From Felis catus (lineage: Eukaryota): a stretch of DNA of 64,000 nucleotides. Below the pieces are notes generated by a model. That model saw only the letters and a program-made list of their open reading frames with translations, was not told where the DNA came from and searched no databases. Made by a program: the position numbers and the translations under genes. Below are positions 41,400 to 56,027 of this stretch, one piece after another. Numbering within the stretch: position 1 is the first letter of the stretch; the number at the start of each line of letters is the position of its first letter. The stretch lies in the NCBI RefSeq assembly GCF_018350175.1, contig NC_058368.1:93684001-93748000 (forward strand), written 5' to 3'.

Positions 41400-44300
41400 G
41401 CTTGTGTAAGAAAAAAGAATATCCATGAAATGACTAACAGACAAATCTTTATGAAGTAACTCTGGAAAGAAAACACAGCAAATGAATGAAAACATCTCGG
41501 TGTATGCAAATCTGCCCCCATTTCCCCAAAATGGCCATAAAACAGAAGAAAATTGTAATACAGCACCCCAAACTCAGGTGCTTACTATCAAGCAAGCAGC
41601 TGAGGGTATGAAAATGAAACTGAAAATTAAGAACAGAAAGGACAAACAGTAGGAAGAAATGAAGTTCAATGACTGCAGGGAAGAAACAGAAGAAAATAAG
41701 GAATAATAAGACCAAGGAATAGTAGTCTCAAAAGAAAAGACAATAAGGGACACTGAAGAAAAGGCAGAAAACAGTCAAGAGACTAAAACTGGGATGCAGA
41801 AGTCAAAAAGGTCAGAGAGAAAATGACTGAAATGAAAGACAAGCAAAGAAGAAAGAACATACACAAAATTGGAGTACCTAGAGAACAAAGCAAAAAACAG
41901 ACTGGAACTTGGGGTTAGCTAACTATGGGCTATAGGCTAAATGTGGCCTGTCGCCTGGTTCTGTAGAGTCCTGGGAGTGCAGAAAATGGTCAAGCTCACT
42001 CGAAATGCAAATTAAAAATACACCGAGAGAGCATTTCTCACCCACACAAGACGGACAAAAATTAAAGAGGACGACAACTCATTCCACTGAGAGGCAGTGT
42101 GGAAAAGGCACTCTCCTACAGTGCTGGGAATATAAACTGGTCCACCCCTTTTTTGGAGAGAAAATGGCAACATCTGATAAAACTAAATATGTATTTTCCT
42201 TTAGATCAAAAAACCGCACTATTAGGAATTCATTCTGAAAATCTGTCTCCAACACATAAATGCATATGAAGATGGTTATTAGTTTCAACACTGTTTACAT
42301 TCGGAAAATATGTACTCCACCTATGGAAGAATTCAAAAAAGTCATTTATGGAATGGAATAGTACAAAACTAAGTATCTTAGTTTTTTTGATAAGAATGAA
42401 CAATAAAAACGTACACATCTGGGGGTGCCTGCGTGGCTTAGTCAGTTAAGCATTCGACTCTTGATTTTGGCTCAGGTCGTGCTCTCACGGTCCCTGAGTT
42501 CGAGCCCCATACTAGACTCTGTGCTGACAGTATGGAGCCTGCTTGGGATTCTCTCTCTCCTCTCTTTCTCTCCCCCTCCTCCCCATGCTCTCCCTCGTTC
42601 TCAAAATAAATAAATAAACTTTTAAAAAAATGTACATATCTGCTCATCAAGAAGAAATACAGGAAGGCCAAACCAAACACTAATGAGATTGGTTCCCTAC
42701 AGAGTGGTGGTAAAAACAAATGTTAGGAAAGGGGGAGTTAGGAAGGGAGCAAAGACAAAAGGGACAGGAGACAGGGAGTTACACATCTTGGAATATCTCT
42801 TTTTGTACAGCTCTCACTTTCAGAACCAAGTCAGTATTTCAAATATTAAGTAAGTTTTAAAAATTTTTTTTAGTATTTATTTTAGAGACAGAGCACAAGC
42901 AAGGGAGGGGCAGAGAGAGCCAGAGACAGAATCTGAACCATGCTGCAGGCTCTGAGCAGTCAGCACAGAGCCCGACATGGGGCTTGAACCCACGAACCAT
43001 GAGATCATGACCTGAGCCAAAGTCAGATACTTAACTGACTGAGCCACCCAGGTGCCCCCAAATATTAAGTAAGTTTTTAAAAAAATCAACAAAATTGGGG
43101 CAAACTCTAAAATGGAACCCAAACAGAAACAAACTCAACTATATTAAAAAAAATAACATAACCATAGTAAAGGGGGGAATAAAAGAAGTAACTCAAGTAT
43201 TTCTTAAATATGGTATTTTGATTTACATACCCTCAGGTTCAAAACAAAGAGACAATGTATTCTGGATAATGGTAACCAGGTTGGTCACCATCAGAAAAGG
43301 GAGTTACAAAAAAACAAAAAAAGGAGGATGATTAAAAAGGAACTCTGTGGAGGGCGCCTGGGTGGCTCAGTAGGCTAAGTATACAACTCTTGGTTTTGGC
43401 TCAGGTCATGATCTCATGGTTCAGGACATCGAGCCCCGCATTGAGCTCTGACAGCACAGAGCCTGCTTGGGATTCTCTCTCTCCTTCTCTCTGCCCCTCC
43501 CTTCCTCCCCACCCTCTCAAAAATAAATAAATATTAAACAGAAAGGAACTCTGTGGTGTTGGACTAAAATCCGAGGCATCAACAGGACTCACGGTTTTTA
43601 ATACATATATAAAGTAACAGAGAGGTATGTGTAAGGGAGGGTGTGTTTGTGTATAGATGCATGCATGTACACATTTCCTAGCTTGGCTTGCTGAGAGAGG
43701 GGCTAGAAGCAATGCTACCCAGGACCATGATCATAGCCAGGGCCCAAATCCTCATTTCTACACACCATCCTCCGATAAGAACCAGGGCTCCTTGAAAAAA
43801 TGATCGATGCCTGGGCTATCGCTAGGAAAGTAAAAGATGAACCTGGAATATCTTGTGGCAGAAAGCAAAGGGCTGCTCAAAGCATACAGGGGGAGAGACA
43901 AAAAAAGGCACAAGCATCTGCTTGAAGGGGTTCTCACCGGCTGAATCTGGGACAATCTGACCATTAAAATATATAATGATAGTAACAGGTAATAGCCCAC
44001 TGGATCAAATAAGAATCTGGAGTTCAAGGTGATATGGATAGACAGAGGTAAAGGGAAAGCTTTTTCTAAAAGCAGAATTTCAACTGAAAATTACAGAAGA
44101 AATGACACAGCTGGAAAATCAATTGCATACCAACACTAGCAAAGAACCTGTTAGCCCAGACAATCTTATTATAGTTGAATAAAGTCTGATGAAGGACAGA
44201 TTATTTGACAGTCTCCAAAACATCTCGCCACAAGATACTGAATCCTTCTAGGTGGAAAAATTCTAACTCTACAGAGAAAAATACGGCATACACCACCTTA

Positions 44301-44420
44301 ATCGAGTGATCAAAAGTTACTATCACTGGTAACAGGGCAAGTCAGTATGCTACACTCCCAAAGACAACACGCTGAGGAGTGACACAGGGTCACTTCCTTA
44401 GTGTTCATGCCAAACCACAT
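41400..44420 (+). mobile_element. Cluster of ancient L1 fragments (L1MD/L1ME-like) interrupted by three SINEs
   Basis: A-rich ORF1-like stretch, ORF2-end remnant (QIKNTPREHFSP..CWEYKLVHPF), and L1MD-like 3' UTR motifs. Confidence 0.6.
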
Positions 44421-45234
44421 CATCACCTATCCTTCTACAGCACATAAATCTCTGTTTCTTTTAAAACTCCTTTTCAGGCTCTGTTCTTTTGGACTCCACA
44501 GGCTTTTAAAAATGCCTGATCCACATTCTATAAAATCTGATCCACATTCACACATTCAATTAAAAACAATTTCATTCCTCTAAGAAATTAATTTTCATTT
44601 TGAAACACTAAGTGAAAGTTGAATTAACAGCCGAAAATAGTCTAATCTTTAAAACTAAAAACTCAGTATTCGGGAAGTAATAAACTTGGGAAGCAACACT
44701 TCTACGTCTCCAGTTTCATATAAGAGACGAAAAAGTAAAGCAAAAGATAATTCTGGCTGAGACTGAGCTTTCCTTACTACTGCCAATGAGAAGATTAAAT
44801 TGTACTGTGAAAGAATAACATTTCCATTTGATATTCTCCTTAAAAATAAACCTTAGATTGAAAAAAAAAAAGCACACGTCAAAGTATTAACAAAAATGAT
44901 CCAAAAATCTATTGCTAGCCCAGTCAATCTTGTTATATTTGGTCTCTGCTAGTCAAATGACTTACAGAACTCCCACCTCACACCAAATATAGAAACAGTC
45001 TCCTCAAAGACACCATAAATCTCTACTATGCTTGGCCAGGGCTCTCCACTGACCCCTGCGAGGACAGTTTATCAAACATGTGCCTTTGAGATTTTGCTTC
45101 TTTTTTCTTCTAGGGCTGACCAATCTCTTTCTAGTAAAGACATTTGTTTCTTCAGACATAAATTACATTTAAATTTTAATGGCCAATGAATCAATCTGCC
45201 CTTCACAATTATCTCTATATGGCTGTTCTGATTA

Positions 45235-45594
<360 letters not shown>

Positions 45595-47247
45595 TCATGT
45601 CTTTTGTCACAGAAAAACCTATTATTAAATACAGATTTAAAAACCATATACTACTTGTATTAAGTCAACAAATAGAACTAGTACTCGAAAAATATAAAAT
45701 GATCTCTAAATCACCCTCTGCTCCCAAGTTCTGATTTCTGGGTAGCTTTCCACACTACCAGTTACTCCTTACCAGATGCTACCACTCAGAGTAAGTTTAT
45801 TTGCTCCCTACCACAGTTGTGGCACGCTAATGTGAGAATGGGGGGAATGGAGCAGGTAAAACACAGGACCTACTGAATAGTAAGAAATTCCCAAACCCAA
45901 GTTTTGATGTGTGAAATTTCTTCCAAATGTATATATAGATAACCACTAACTGATCATATTGTGCTGTAATTCAATTTTTACCTATTCCATTAGTTTTAAG
46001 AGAAGTAACAGTCTGTGCCTGGTATCTATTTCTTTATTTATAAACAGGGATACAGTGGCAATAATCAAAGACTACACCGAAACTTGGAGGTATCAGTCAC
46101 ATATGCTGGCTGAGGTCAAGATTCAGTTTTGCAGTATTTCCAATTAATGATAAAATATCTTATGTGTCTACATTAGTCTTCCCCTTACCGAGAGGAGTGG
46201 TTTTTTTTTTCTTTAATTGTATTTATCATCATTTGCTTTGACAATAACCTTTATCTTTCAGTTAATGACACCAGTGTTTCAAGATTTTAAGTAAACTCTA
46301 CACCAAATGTGGGGTCTGAACTCACAACTGGGAGGTCAAGAGTCACATGCTCCACTGACTGAGCCAGCCACATGCCTGAGGGAAGGTTTTTTGTTTTTTT
46401 TTTTAAGTCTAGAGAGAGAGAGAGAGAGACAGACAGAGACAGAGAGAGAGAGAGAGCATGCACGAGCAGGGGAAGGGCAGAAAGAGGGAGAGAGAGAATC
46501 CCTAGCAAGCTCCTCCATGCTGCCAGTGCAGAGCCTGATGTGGGGCTCAGCCTCACAAACGTGAGATCATGACCTGAGCTGAAACTAAGAGTCAGACGCT
46601 TAACCGACTGAGCCACCCAGGTGCTCCCCGAGAGCAGTGTTTTTAAACCTTGACAGGAAAATAGAGCTATTAATAGATGGAGCACTGACTTAACAATATA
46701 GCAGAATTTGTTTACAAAATCTCTTCGCTAAACAGGATCACTACTGCTTTGTCATTTCCTAGATTTGAAAACAATTTTCCCCTTAAAACTCTAGATATAC
46801 CATACAAACCACCAAATATTAATAAATACACTAAGTTCTTTTTCTATCTTTTATAAATGTCATTGAAACCACTTACACTAGCATCTAATATTCAGCGTTC
46901 ATCCCTTTCTCCCCCCAGTCACTATGTCTTAAGTAATAAAAGTTCAGACTAAATGTATGCTTACTTCAAAATATCCATTTTTTTCACCGAGAAGGTAAAT
47001 TAAAATCCATCTTACAAATGAAACCATTCAACCACTTATTTATGAATCTATTTACTGTGTCACTTAAAAACAGAGAGGAAGAAAAGAGTTCTGCTAGTGT
47101 GATTTCTCTTTACTCACATAAAAAATCTTGGATCTTTTTTTTCTTTTTTTGATTAGGCATTTAACTTTATGTATGTACAGTGAACTTCAGGTGGTTCTAA
47201 TATGGGTTTATGATAAACCCTAAAGTTCTAGTACAGTACTGTACCTA

Positions 47248-47484
<237 letters not shown>

Positions 47485-49856
47485 CTAAATTCAAAATAAA
47501 CATAATGTTAATGAACTAGTAAACTGAAAACTTACTTATTAAGCAATCTAATGCAAGGTTTCAGGAACTAGGAAAATGCAATGTTTATACTGATTTGTAC
47601 TGACACCTGATTGAAAAAGCAAACCTCCATTTTACATGACTCAATGTAAGTATAATCACATACTTTGCAGGCTACACAATTCTTAAACTTATCCTGCAAA
47701 TCTAAAGCTTCAGGGAAGTAGTGCTTTTACACAAATAAACCAAATTATTTGAACTTCAAATGTCATCAACCATATCACTGATAACTTAAGTCTCAAGAAG
47801 TTAGAAAAGCATAGAGCTTTTCAAACAGAAACAATTTATGAAAGAAATAAAAATCCTTTTACTGTACAAATCCAAATTAAAAACCATAGTGACCACCATA
47901 TAAAAATATTACAAAACAACACAGTTGAAAAACCTCATTCTGCTCCCATATACAATTTAATGAGTCTTTATAACATATTAGCGCTTAAAATAACAAAAAG
48001 CAAAGACCAGCAAATTGCTGAGGCGGAGCGGAGAAGTCTTACCAGGAAGCATTACCACGTTGTGTCGGATTTATTTTACCACTCTGACTGTTTCAACAAA
48101 AGATAACCACAGTTATCAAAGAACTCTTAAGCTACAAAATATGTGACTCATATAGGAAATCCTGTAAAGACCCTAGGCACTGGCACTGGCATTGATAAAA
48201 TCTGGATTTAAAAAAAGTGTTTACTATGCCAAGTAACTTGATGTCCCACAATATACAAAGCATTCAGAGTTTTAGGGGGACCTGGGTGGCACACATGATT
48301 AAGTGTCCAACTCTTGAGCTCGGCTCAGGTCACAATCTCACAGTTTGTGAGTTTGAACCCCACGTCGGGCTCTGCACTGATGGTGCAGAAGCTGCTTGGG
48401 ATTCTGTCTCTCCCTCTCTCTGCCTCCCTCCAGCTTGTGCTCTCTGTCAAAATAAATAAATAAACTTAAAAAAAAAAAACAAAAAAAAGCATTCAGAGTT
48501 TTACAATTAATTTCAAATAATCAGCTGATCCTATGAATCAGTCACTAAAAAAAAAAATATTTCACCAGAAAAATGTAAGATTTCACAATGTACTAATTTA
48601 TGTAAGTTTAAGAATGTCTTAAGCGCTTTTTTTTTTTAATTGAAGTGTAGTTGACACACAACGAAGAACATTTTAATTTTGAAAGAATAAGAGTGTATTT
48701 TAAAATTCATCTCTCTCACTGGTTTCCCTTCTATCTCAGTTTAGGTTCATCAACAATTGCTCCAAATTCTAGAGTAACTGCTCAGCATATTGGAAAGCGA
48801 AAGTGAAGCTTGTACCAAGGTTCTGGTTCAAGCAGACTCCTCACCTACTATAATAAACGTTAACTTCGGGGCACCTGGGTGGCTCAGTCAGTTAAACCTC
48901 TGACTTTGCTCAGGTCACGATCTCATGGTTCATGAGTTCAAGCCCTGAGTCGGACTCTGTGCTGACAGCTCGGAGCCCGGAGCCTGCTTCAGATTCTGTG
49001 TCTACCTCTCTCTCTGTCCCTCCCCCACTGATGCGCGCTCGCTCTCTCTCTCTCTCCCTCCCTCCCTCCCTCTCTCTCTCTCTCTCTCTCAGAAATAAAA
49101 ACATTAAAAACAAAATTTTAAAAAATTATAATAAATGTTAACTTCTACAACCGGTGAAATGCATCAAATCTTGGCTATACTACTCACTGGCCTGCTTCAT
49201 TCCTCCTACTAGAATGTGGATATTAGTACCTACCTCATGGGGTTATTGTGAGGGTTAAATAAAGTTACTGTGATAAAGATGCTGGTTATCTTGGTGACGA
49301 TGCAAGCACAAGGCAGATACCCAAAGGGCCAGTACTTCTTGGGAGTCATGAACTAGGGTCCCGGAACCACCAGGCAGGAAATCACATTATTTTTCTGCTC
49401 ACTGACCTTCTGTGGTTCCTCACAGAACAAGTTTGCACAGTGTTCAAGACCTTCTATAATCTGACACCACCCTACCCATCCGGCCTTACGTCTACAATTC
49501 CTTATATGGTCTCACAAACAAGCCAAACAAATTTTCATCTTGCTAACACTTAGAATTCATTCTGAGTTCCTCCCTACAACTGAAACTCTGGTACTCCCAG
49601 CTATTCTATTCCACATTTGTAACAGCCTTCTTACAACTCCCACAGCCCATTTCATTTCTTGGTACTTAAAGTAAACACCTACTAGGTTAAAAGTACCAGG
49701 GGGAATCCAAACACAAATCAAATGTGGAGCTTAACCTTAAGGGCAGATCAAGTAATTACAATACGAAGTAGGACATAAAAGCGTCATGAGGGAGACAAAG
49801 TAACACAAAGCTTTAAATAAAGGATTCTTGTCTGTGCCAGAAGAGGAACTTGGAGG

Positions 49857-50078
49857 GTGGAGTGGAGAGGAGTGGAGAGGAGTGGAGAGGAGTGGAGAGG
49901 AGTGGAGAGGAGTGGAGAGGAGAGGCGAGGAGAGGCGAGGAGAGGCGAGGAGAGGCGAGGAGAGGCGAGGAGAGGCGAGGAGAGGCGAGGAGAGGCGAGG
50001 AGAGGCGAGGAGAGGCGAGGAGAGGCGAGGAGAGGCGAGGAGAGGCGAGGAGAGGCGAGGAGAGGAAAGGAGAGGAGG
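49857..50078 (+). repeat. 10-bp tandem repeat (AGTGGAGAGG)6 followed by (AGAGGCGAGG)14
   Basis: Read directly: 49861-49920 and 49921-50060. Confidence 0.97.
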
Positions 50079-51675
50079 CTTCATAGGTAGAAGAAAAAGT
50101 AAAAGCAATGCAGAGAAACAAAATTCTGGGTATTTAGCATGTACTGGGGACAACACATAATTTAACAGACAATACAGAATTTGTGAAGGAAAACAGTGAG
50201 AAGAGTAGGCGGAGAGGCTCCATCAGTGTTTCCCGAAAAGTTCTCTATGGCCCTGGAAGGTCCTGGGGCATTTACCAGACAGGGTGGTTTGGTGAATTCG
50301 GAAGAAAAATTGCTGACACTACTGTATTTATGTACTGTGTCGGGAAATCCCATGTGCCTCTTCAGATTCTCGCCGACTCTGAGCCAACTGCTCCTGGGGG
50401 GCCTACGTGAGTCCACTGGAGTCTCCTGCTCCTTCCACCGCTCAAATTCAGACGAACACAACGTGGCATGGAGTGGGACCCAACCTCCCCCAGAAGATGC
50501 CAGGGGTCTAGGTGAATTAGGGCCAAAAAGAGGTTTCGGGAGACTCTGTAAACCAAAGCAAAAATGTTTTTGTGTTTTTAAATTTTATTCTTGTTATTTA
50601 AAAAAACGTGTTGGGGGTGGCGCCTGGGTGGCTTAGTTGGTTGAGCATCGGACTTCACCTCAGGTCACGATCTCGCAGTCTGTGAGTTCTAGCCCTGCAC
50701 TGGGCTCTCTGCTGTCAGCGCGGAGCCCACCTCAGATCCTCCTCCCTTCCCCCTCTGCCCCTCCCCCACTTGCTTTCTTTTTCTCTCTCAAAAATAAATA
50801 AGCATTTAAAAATAAATAAATAAAATTGTCTTCGGAAGGGGGTACAGAAGGGGATGGTCTTTTACAAGTAATGTTATCAAAGTCCAGCTTTATTTCAATG
50901 AGGGCAGGTAAGCGTCTGAATAAGGTACGGCACTATAAAGCAGTTGTCATGACCACATGGCACGGCACCCAGAGAGCCTGTTCAATACGAGTAACGGGAC
51001 AGCCATCTTCCTGAGGACCAGCATCAGCAGGAAAATATTACATGTACAGCAAAAAGGGAACAGATTTTGTGAATTCTTTGTTTTTAGATTCCTTGCTAAA
51101 AGCAGCGGGCACACGTGATTAGACACATCTTGGCAAATTCACATGACCTTGACACAGGCAAGGTGATTTACAGCCTAAGGCAGAGGAAGAAAGTTGAACC
51201 AGTGCCTCTATGAAAACATGCTGCCTTCTCCCAAATTACTGCTATTTATTCTAAAATTAGGAAGAGAGTATGAAAAAACAGGCAAAAGACAACCTGCCTA
51301 TTGCCTCAAATTCATTGCTCTTCACGTGTCTTCAATCACTGCCTTGACAAGAGCTTTTTGTTTTATTCTTTAGAAACATGAGCCAAATGTAAAGTCCTTC
51401 ACTAACACAGAAGTTCACTGGCTTCCTCGAGAGCAAGCACCAAGCACAGGAGAGCTGTATTTCCAATTCTCCAGGAAATCACCAGTAATTTTGACACACA
51501 AACAATAGGAGGAGAGACATAATACTTGTGACGGTAGCAAATTCTGCGTGCACACATACTGTGCATAGTTCCAGGAAGTAGGGTGGGTATCACTTTCCTT
51601 TAAGTAAAGGTCATAATACACATTAGTAGACAATATTTAGCTATAATGAAACACAGAAGCCTGGCTTCTGTGTCA

Positions 51676-51840
<165 letters not shown>

Positions 51841-52477
51841 TTAAAGTATATTTTATTTTTGAACAGACTCTAAAGCAGATCAATTATATATTCTTTCAGA
51901 AACTGAGTATTTTAGTACCAAAGCTTTGTCACTGTCTCCATTTTCATTCTAGCATGTGCCAGGTGTGTTCTCACTTTATGGGAATCTCACTTAATTTTCC
52001 AACCAGTCAGAGACAAAATAATGATTTCCTACCACATACCTTTAGTTTATAGCCTACCTTACTGCAGGCAAAATGCTTTCAAACCTTTTCTATACGATTA
52101 TTTTTCATGTGATCAACATAATCAACCCCGTGTTAAAGAGCAGAAAACAGAAGCCCAGAGGTTAAGTGACATGTTCAAAGTAACAATCAGTTAATTACAC
52201 ATCTGGGTCTGGAATCCTAACTTCCCTTCCACTGCCTTTTTATTTTAACTTACTGCTTCTTTATATGTGAGCAAACTAAACATCTAAGATGCCCTAGTCA
52301 CAAAAAAATGTATGTACTTTGTATTTTAAATTTAAAAAACTTTTTTTTTTTTTTATTAATTTTTGAGAGAGACAGAGAGAGCGAGCAGGCGAGAGAGAAA
52401 GGGAGAGAGAAAATCCCAAGCAGGCTCCGCACCGTCATCACGGAGCCTGATGTAGGATTCAAACTCACAAACCACGA

Positions 52478-52713
52478 GGGGCGCCTGGGTGGCGCAGTCG
52501 GTTAAGCGTCCGACTTCAGCCAGGTCACGATCTCGCGGTCCGTGAGTTCGAGCCCCGCGTCAGGCTCTGGGCTGATGGCTCAGAGCCTGGAGCCTGTTTC
52601 CGATTCTGTGTCTCCCTCTCTCTCTGCCCCTCCCCCGTTCATGCTCTGTCTCTCTCTGTCCCAAAAATAAATAAACGCTGAAAAAAAAAAATTAAAAAAA
52701 AAACAAAAAAAAC
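52478..52713 (+). mobile_element. Young felid SINEC_Fc-type SINE, nested in an older antisense SINE (about 52340-52793)
   Basis: CpG-rich near-consensus body, (CT)n, AATAAA and A-tail. Perfect TSD aaactcacaaaccacga at 52461-52477 and 52714-52730. Confidence 0.95.
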
Positions 52714-53104
52714 AAACTCACAAACCACGAGATATGACCTGCGCAGAAACCAAGAGTCGGGTGCTTAACCGAATGAGCCACCCAGGCACCCCCCGCCCCA
52801 TACTTTGTATTTTAGTATGGATAAACCTTTGTTCTGAGTCCAATGATCCACTCTACTTTGTTTTTTATTTTTTATTTTAGAGAGAGATTACGCACACATG
52901 CAAGTAGGTAAAGGGCGGGGTGGGGGGTAGGGAGAGAGAATGTGAAGCAGGCTCCATGCTCAGCTCAGAGCCCAACGTGGGGCTTGATCCCTGGAATTAT
53001 GACCTGAGCTGAAATCGGGTCAACTGAACCACCAAGGCACCCCATCCACTCTGCTTTGAAGTACTAGGAACTTGAGAAAGAAAATAAGCTGGAAACGAAG
53101 TCAC

Positions 53105-53423
53105 ATCCATGAAAAGGGAGCCCTGTGCATTGGTGGTGGGAATATAAATTGGTACAGCCATTATGGAATACAGTATGGAGGTTCTTCAAAAAATTATACA
53201 CAGAACTACTATATGATTCAGCAATGCCACCACTGGGTAGATTGCCAAAGGAAACAAAATCACCATTTCAAAGAGATATGTGCACCCCCATGATCGCTGC
53301 AACATAATTTGTAACAGCCAAGACATGGAAACAACCTAAGTGTCTATCAACAGAGGAGTGAAAAAATCTCTCTCTCACACACACACATACACACACACCC
53401 ACTGGATGAGTGGATAAAGAAAA

Positions 53424-53471
<48 letters not shown>

Positions 53472-53935
53472 GTGCATATCCAGAATGTTAATCAGACATG
53501 AAAGAGCAAATTCTGCCTTTTGTGACATTATGGATGCCACATGCAATAAGTCAGAGAGAAACAAATATTGTATGTTCTCACTTACATGTGGAATTTAAAA
53601 AGGCTGAACCATGGAAACAGAGCAGAATGGTAGTTGACAGGAGCTGGGGGAAATGGTGAGATGTTAGTCAAAAGTACAAACGTCTACCTATAAGATGAGT
53701 AAGTTCTGGGGAGCTAATGCACAGGATGATGACTATAATTAATAGGACTGTGTTATACACTTGAAAGTTATTAGGAGAGATCTTAAATGTTGTCACCACA
53801 CACTCACACAGGGTAATTATGTAAGGGGACTGTGGTAATCATTCTGCAATATATTCATGTATCAAACATCATGTTGTATACTTTACACTTACATGTGTTA
53901 TATGTCAATACCTTTATGAAGCTGCAAAAAAAAAC
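53105..53935 (+). mobile_element. LINE-1 3' end containing (CA)n tracts
   Basis: ORF 53125..53307 ([17 protein letters not shown]) is the L1 ORF2 C-terminus, followed by L1 3' UTR and an A-run. Confidence 0.88.
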
Positions 53936-54812
53936 CTATAAATGAATAATTAGTTATACCCACAACAAGAAAATGGTTATGGGTTTGACTGCCATTAGAA
54001 AATCAGCATGACAGACACAGAAGATAGAAATGTAGTACCAGCAGACTGTACTGTATCATTAATAAAAAAAAAAACAAAAAAAAAACGTAGATTTATAAAT
54101 ACGTTCTGACGTGAGAAGCCAGTTTCATATCTCTTAGGACTGGAACATGACTAAATCATAGTAACTGTTTTTCACTCTATTTTTTCAACACAGGTACTCT
54201 ATTCAGCTTTCTATCTCTCATAAACTTACAACAGTAACTTAAACATTAATTTCTTATACAATTTAGGGAACTTTATCCACTAAATTTAAAATTCTCCACT
54301 AACCACCTTACACCATTAACAAAAAAATCTGAAAAAGGGTATTACCTAATGGTGATGATATTAATGAACATAGTTCTCTTATCTCTGCTAAAGACTTTTA
54401 AATGACTAAGCCACTTAAGACTCGCCATTATACAGTAAGAGTCATAAAAAGGCTCAGACTCTGAATGGATAATGCTACATCTGAGAATTGACTCCAGGAA
54501 CTTCCCATATGAGAAAGGTCGAATGCACAGAAACACCCAGGGCAGTAGTACACTGGTGAAAATTTAGAAGCAACACAGAAGTCCAAGAGGTTAAATATAA
54601 TACTATATCTCATCAAAGGAACATGATACTGCTAATAATTAGGGAAAACTATGTAGCAACATGGAGAAATGATCAAGTTAAGAGAAAAGGTAGGATGCGA
54701 ACATTTATGTGATTATGTTTACAATTAACCAAAGGATGCTTATCAACAAAGCCCAGAAAGGAATAAACAAAATAATATTGTGTGGAATGACAGGAGAGTG
54801 AATTCTGTTCTT

Positions 54813-55300
54813 TGTATCAGTCAGTGTTGCCATAACAAATTATCACAGAACTTATTAACTTGAAACCACACCCATTTGTTATCCGGCAGTTCTGTAAGTT
54901 CCAAAGTCCAAGATCAGCCTCACCAGGCAGGAATGGAGAGCCTCCAGGGGCTGCACTCTCTACTGGAGGCTCTGGGGGACAGTTGGCCCCAAGTTCCTTC
55001 TGCTCGTCCAGTGTGTGGGACTGAGTCTCCACATCCTTGATCACCGCCAGCTCGGGCCCTTGCCACTGATCACACCTGGGCCCCTGGACCCAAGCGTCTG
55101 CAACGGGGCTGAAATCTTTCTCCTGTCCTAGGGCCTCCCCTGTACATGGAACACCTACAGATCATCTCCCTATTTTGAGGTCAGCTGACCGGTAACCTTA
55201 ACTTCATCTTCAAAGTCCATGGTGTTTAGTGTTTGAATAAGTACGGTACAGGAACTTAGGGGAGAGAGAGGGCGAGGGGGAACATCTTAATTCTAACACA
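54813..55300 (-). mobile_element. MLT1-type MaLR solo LTR
   Basis: Begins tgtatcagtcagtgttgccataacaaattatcacag (reverse of the MLT1 3' end) and ends near ..ctaacaca. Confidence 0.7.
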
Positions 55301-56027
55301 GCTTCCAAACTCCAAACTGGGTGTAATGTTATACTTTTCTAAAAATAAATTGTCTTCACCAAGTCACAGATGTCTTTATCCCTTTATCACCACTTGTTTT
55401 AATCCCTCCTAATTGGGGGAGCGGCATGTCAAAGGTGTATTTTCCCTAGGCTTAATATTTCATCAGATGCTGAAATTATCTTAATTCCTGACATATTTTT
55501 TTTAATGTTTCTTTTTCTCTCTTATTTCCCCTTAGGAATGCCCTTTTAAAGATCATCCTTTTTTTTTTTTTTAAATGTTTATTTATTGGGGCGCCTGGGT
55601 GGCTCAGTCAGTTAAACATCTCTTAGTTTCAGCTCAGGTTACAATTGCATGGTTCCTGAGTTCGAGCCCCACATGGAGGTCCATGCTGTCAGTGCAGAGC
55701 CTGCTTGGGATTTTCTCTCTCTCTCTCTTCTCCTCTTCCTCTCTCCCTGCCCCTCCCCCGCTTGTGCCCGTGCATGCGCACTCTCTCTCTCAAAATAAAA
55801 ACTTAAAAAATGTTTTTAAATGTTTATTTATTGGGGGTGGGGCAGAGAGAGAGGGAGAGAATCTCAAGCAGGCTCGGCAGAGTCAGTGCAGAGCTGGATG
55901 CGGGGCTCAATCTCACAAAAAATAAGCCTTAAAAAAAAACGGGGGTTGGGGGAGAAAGTTGTGCATCCCTGTTTCAGGTCTGAGTATATACTTCACTTAG
56001 GAAGCCTACCTTGAGCCCCCTCCTAAA

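Noticed and set aside
49737..50160. SPRLSSPLLA / RRGEE repeat ORFs
   Set aside because: They are translations of the 10-bp tandem repeat.
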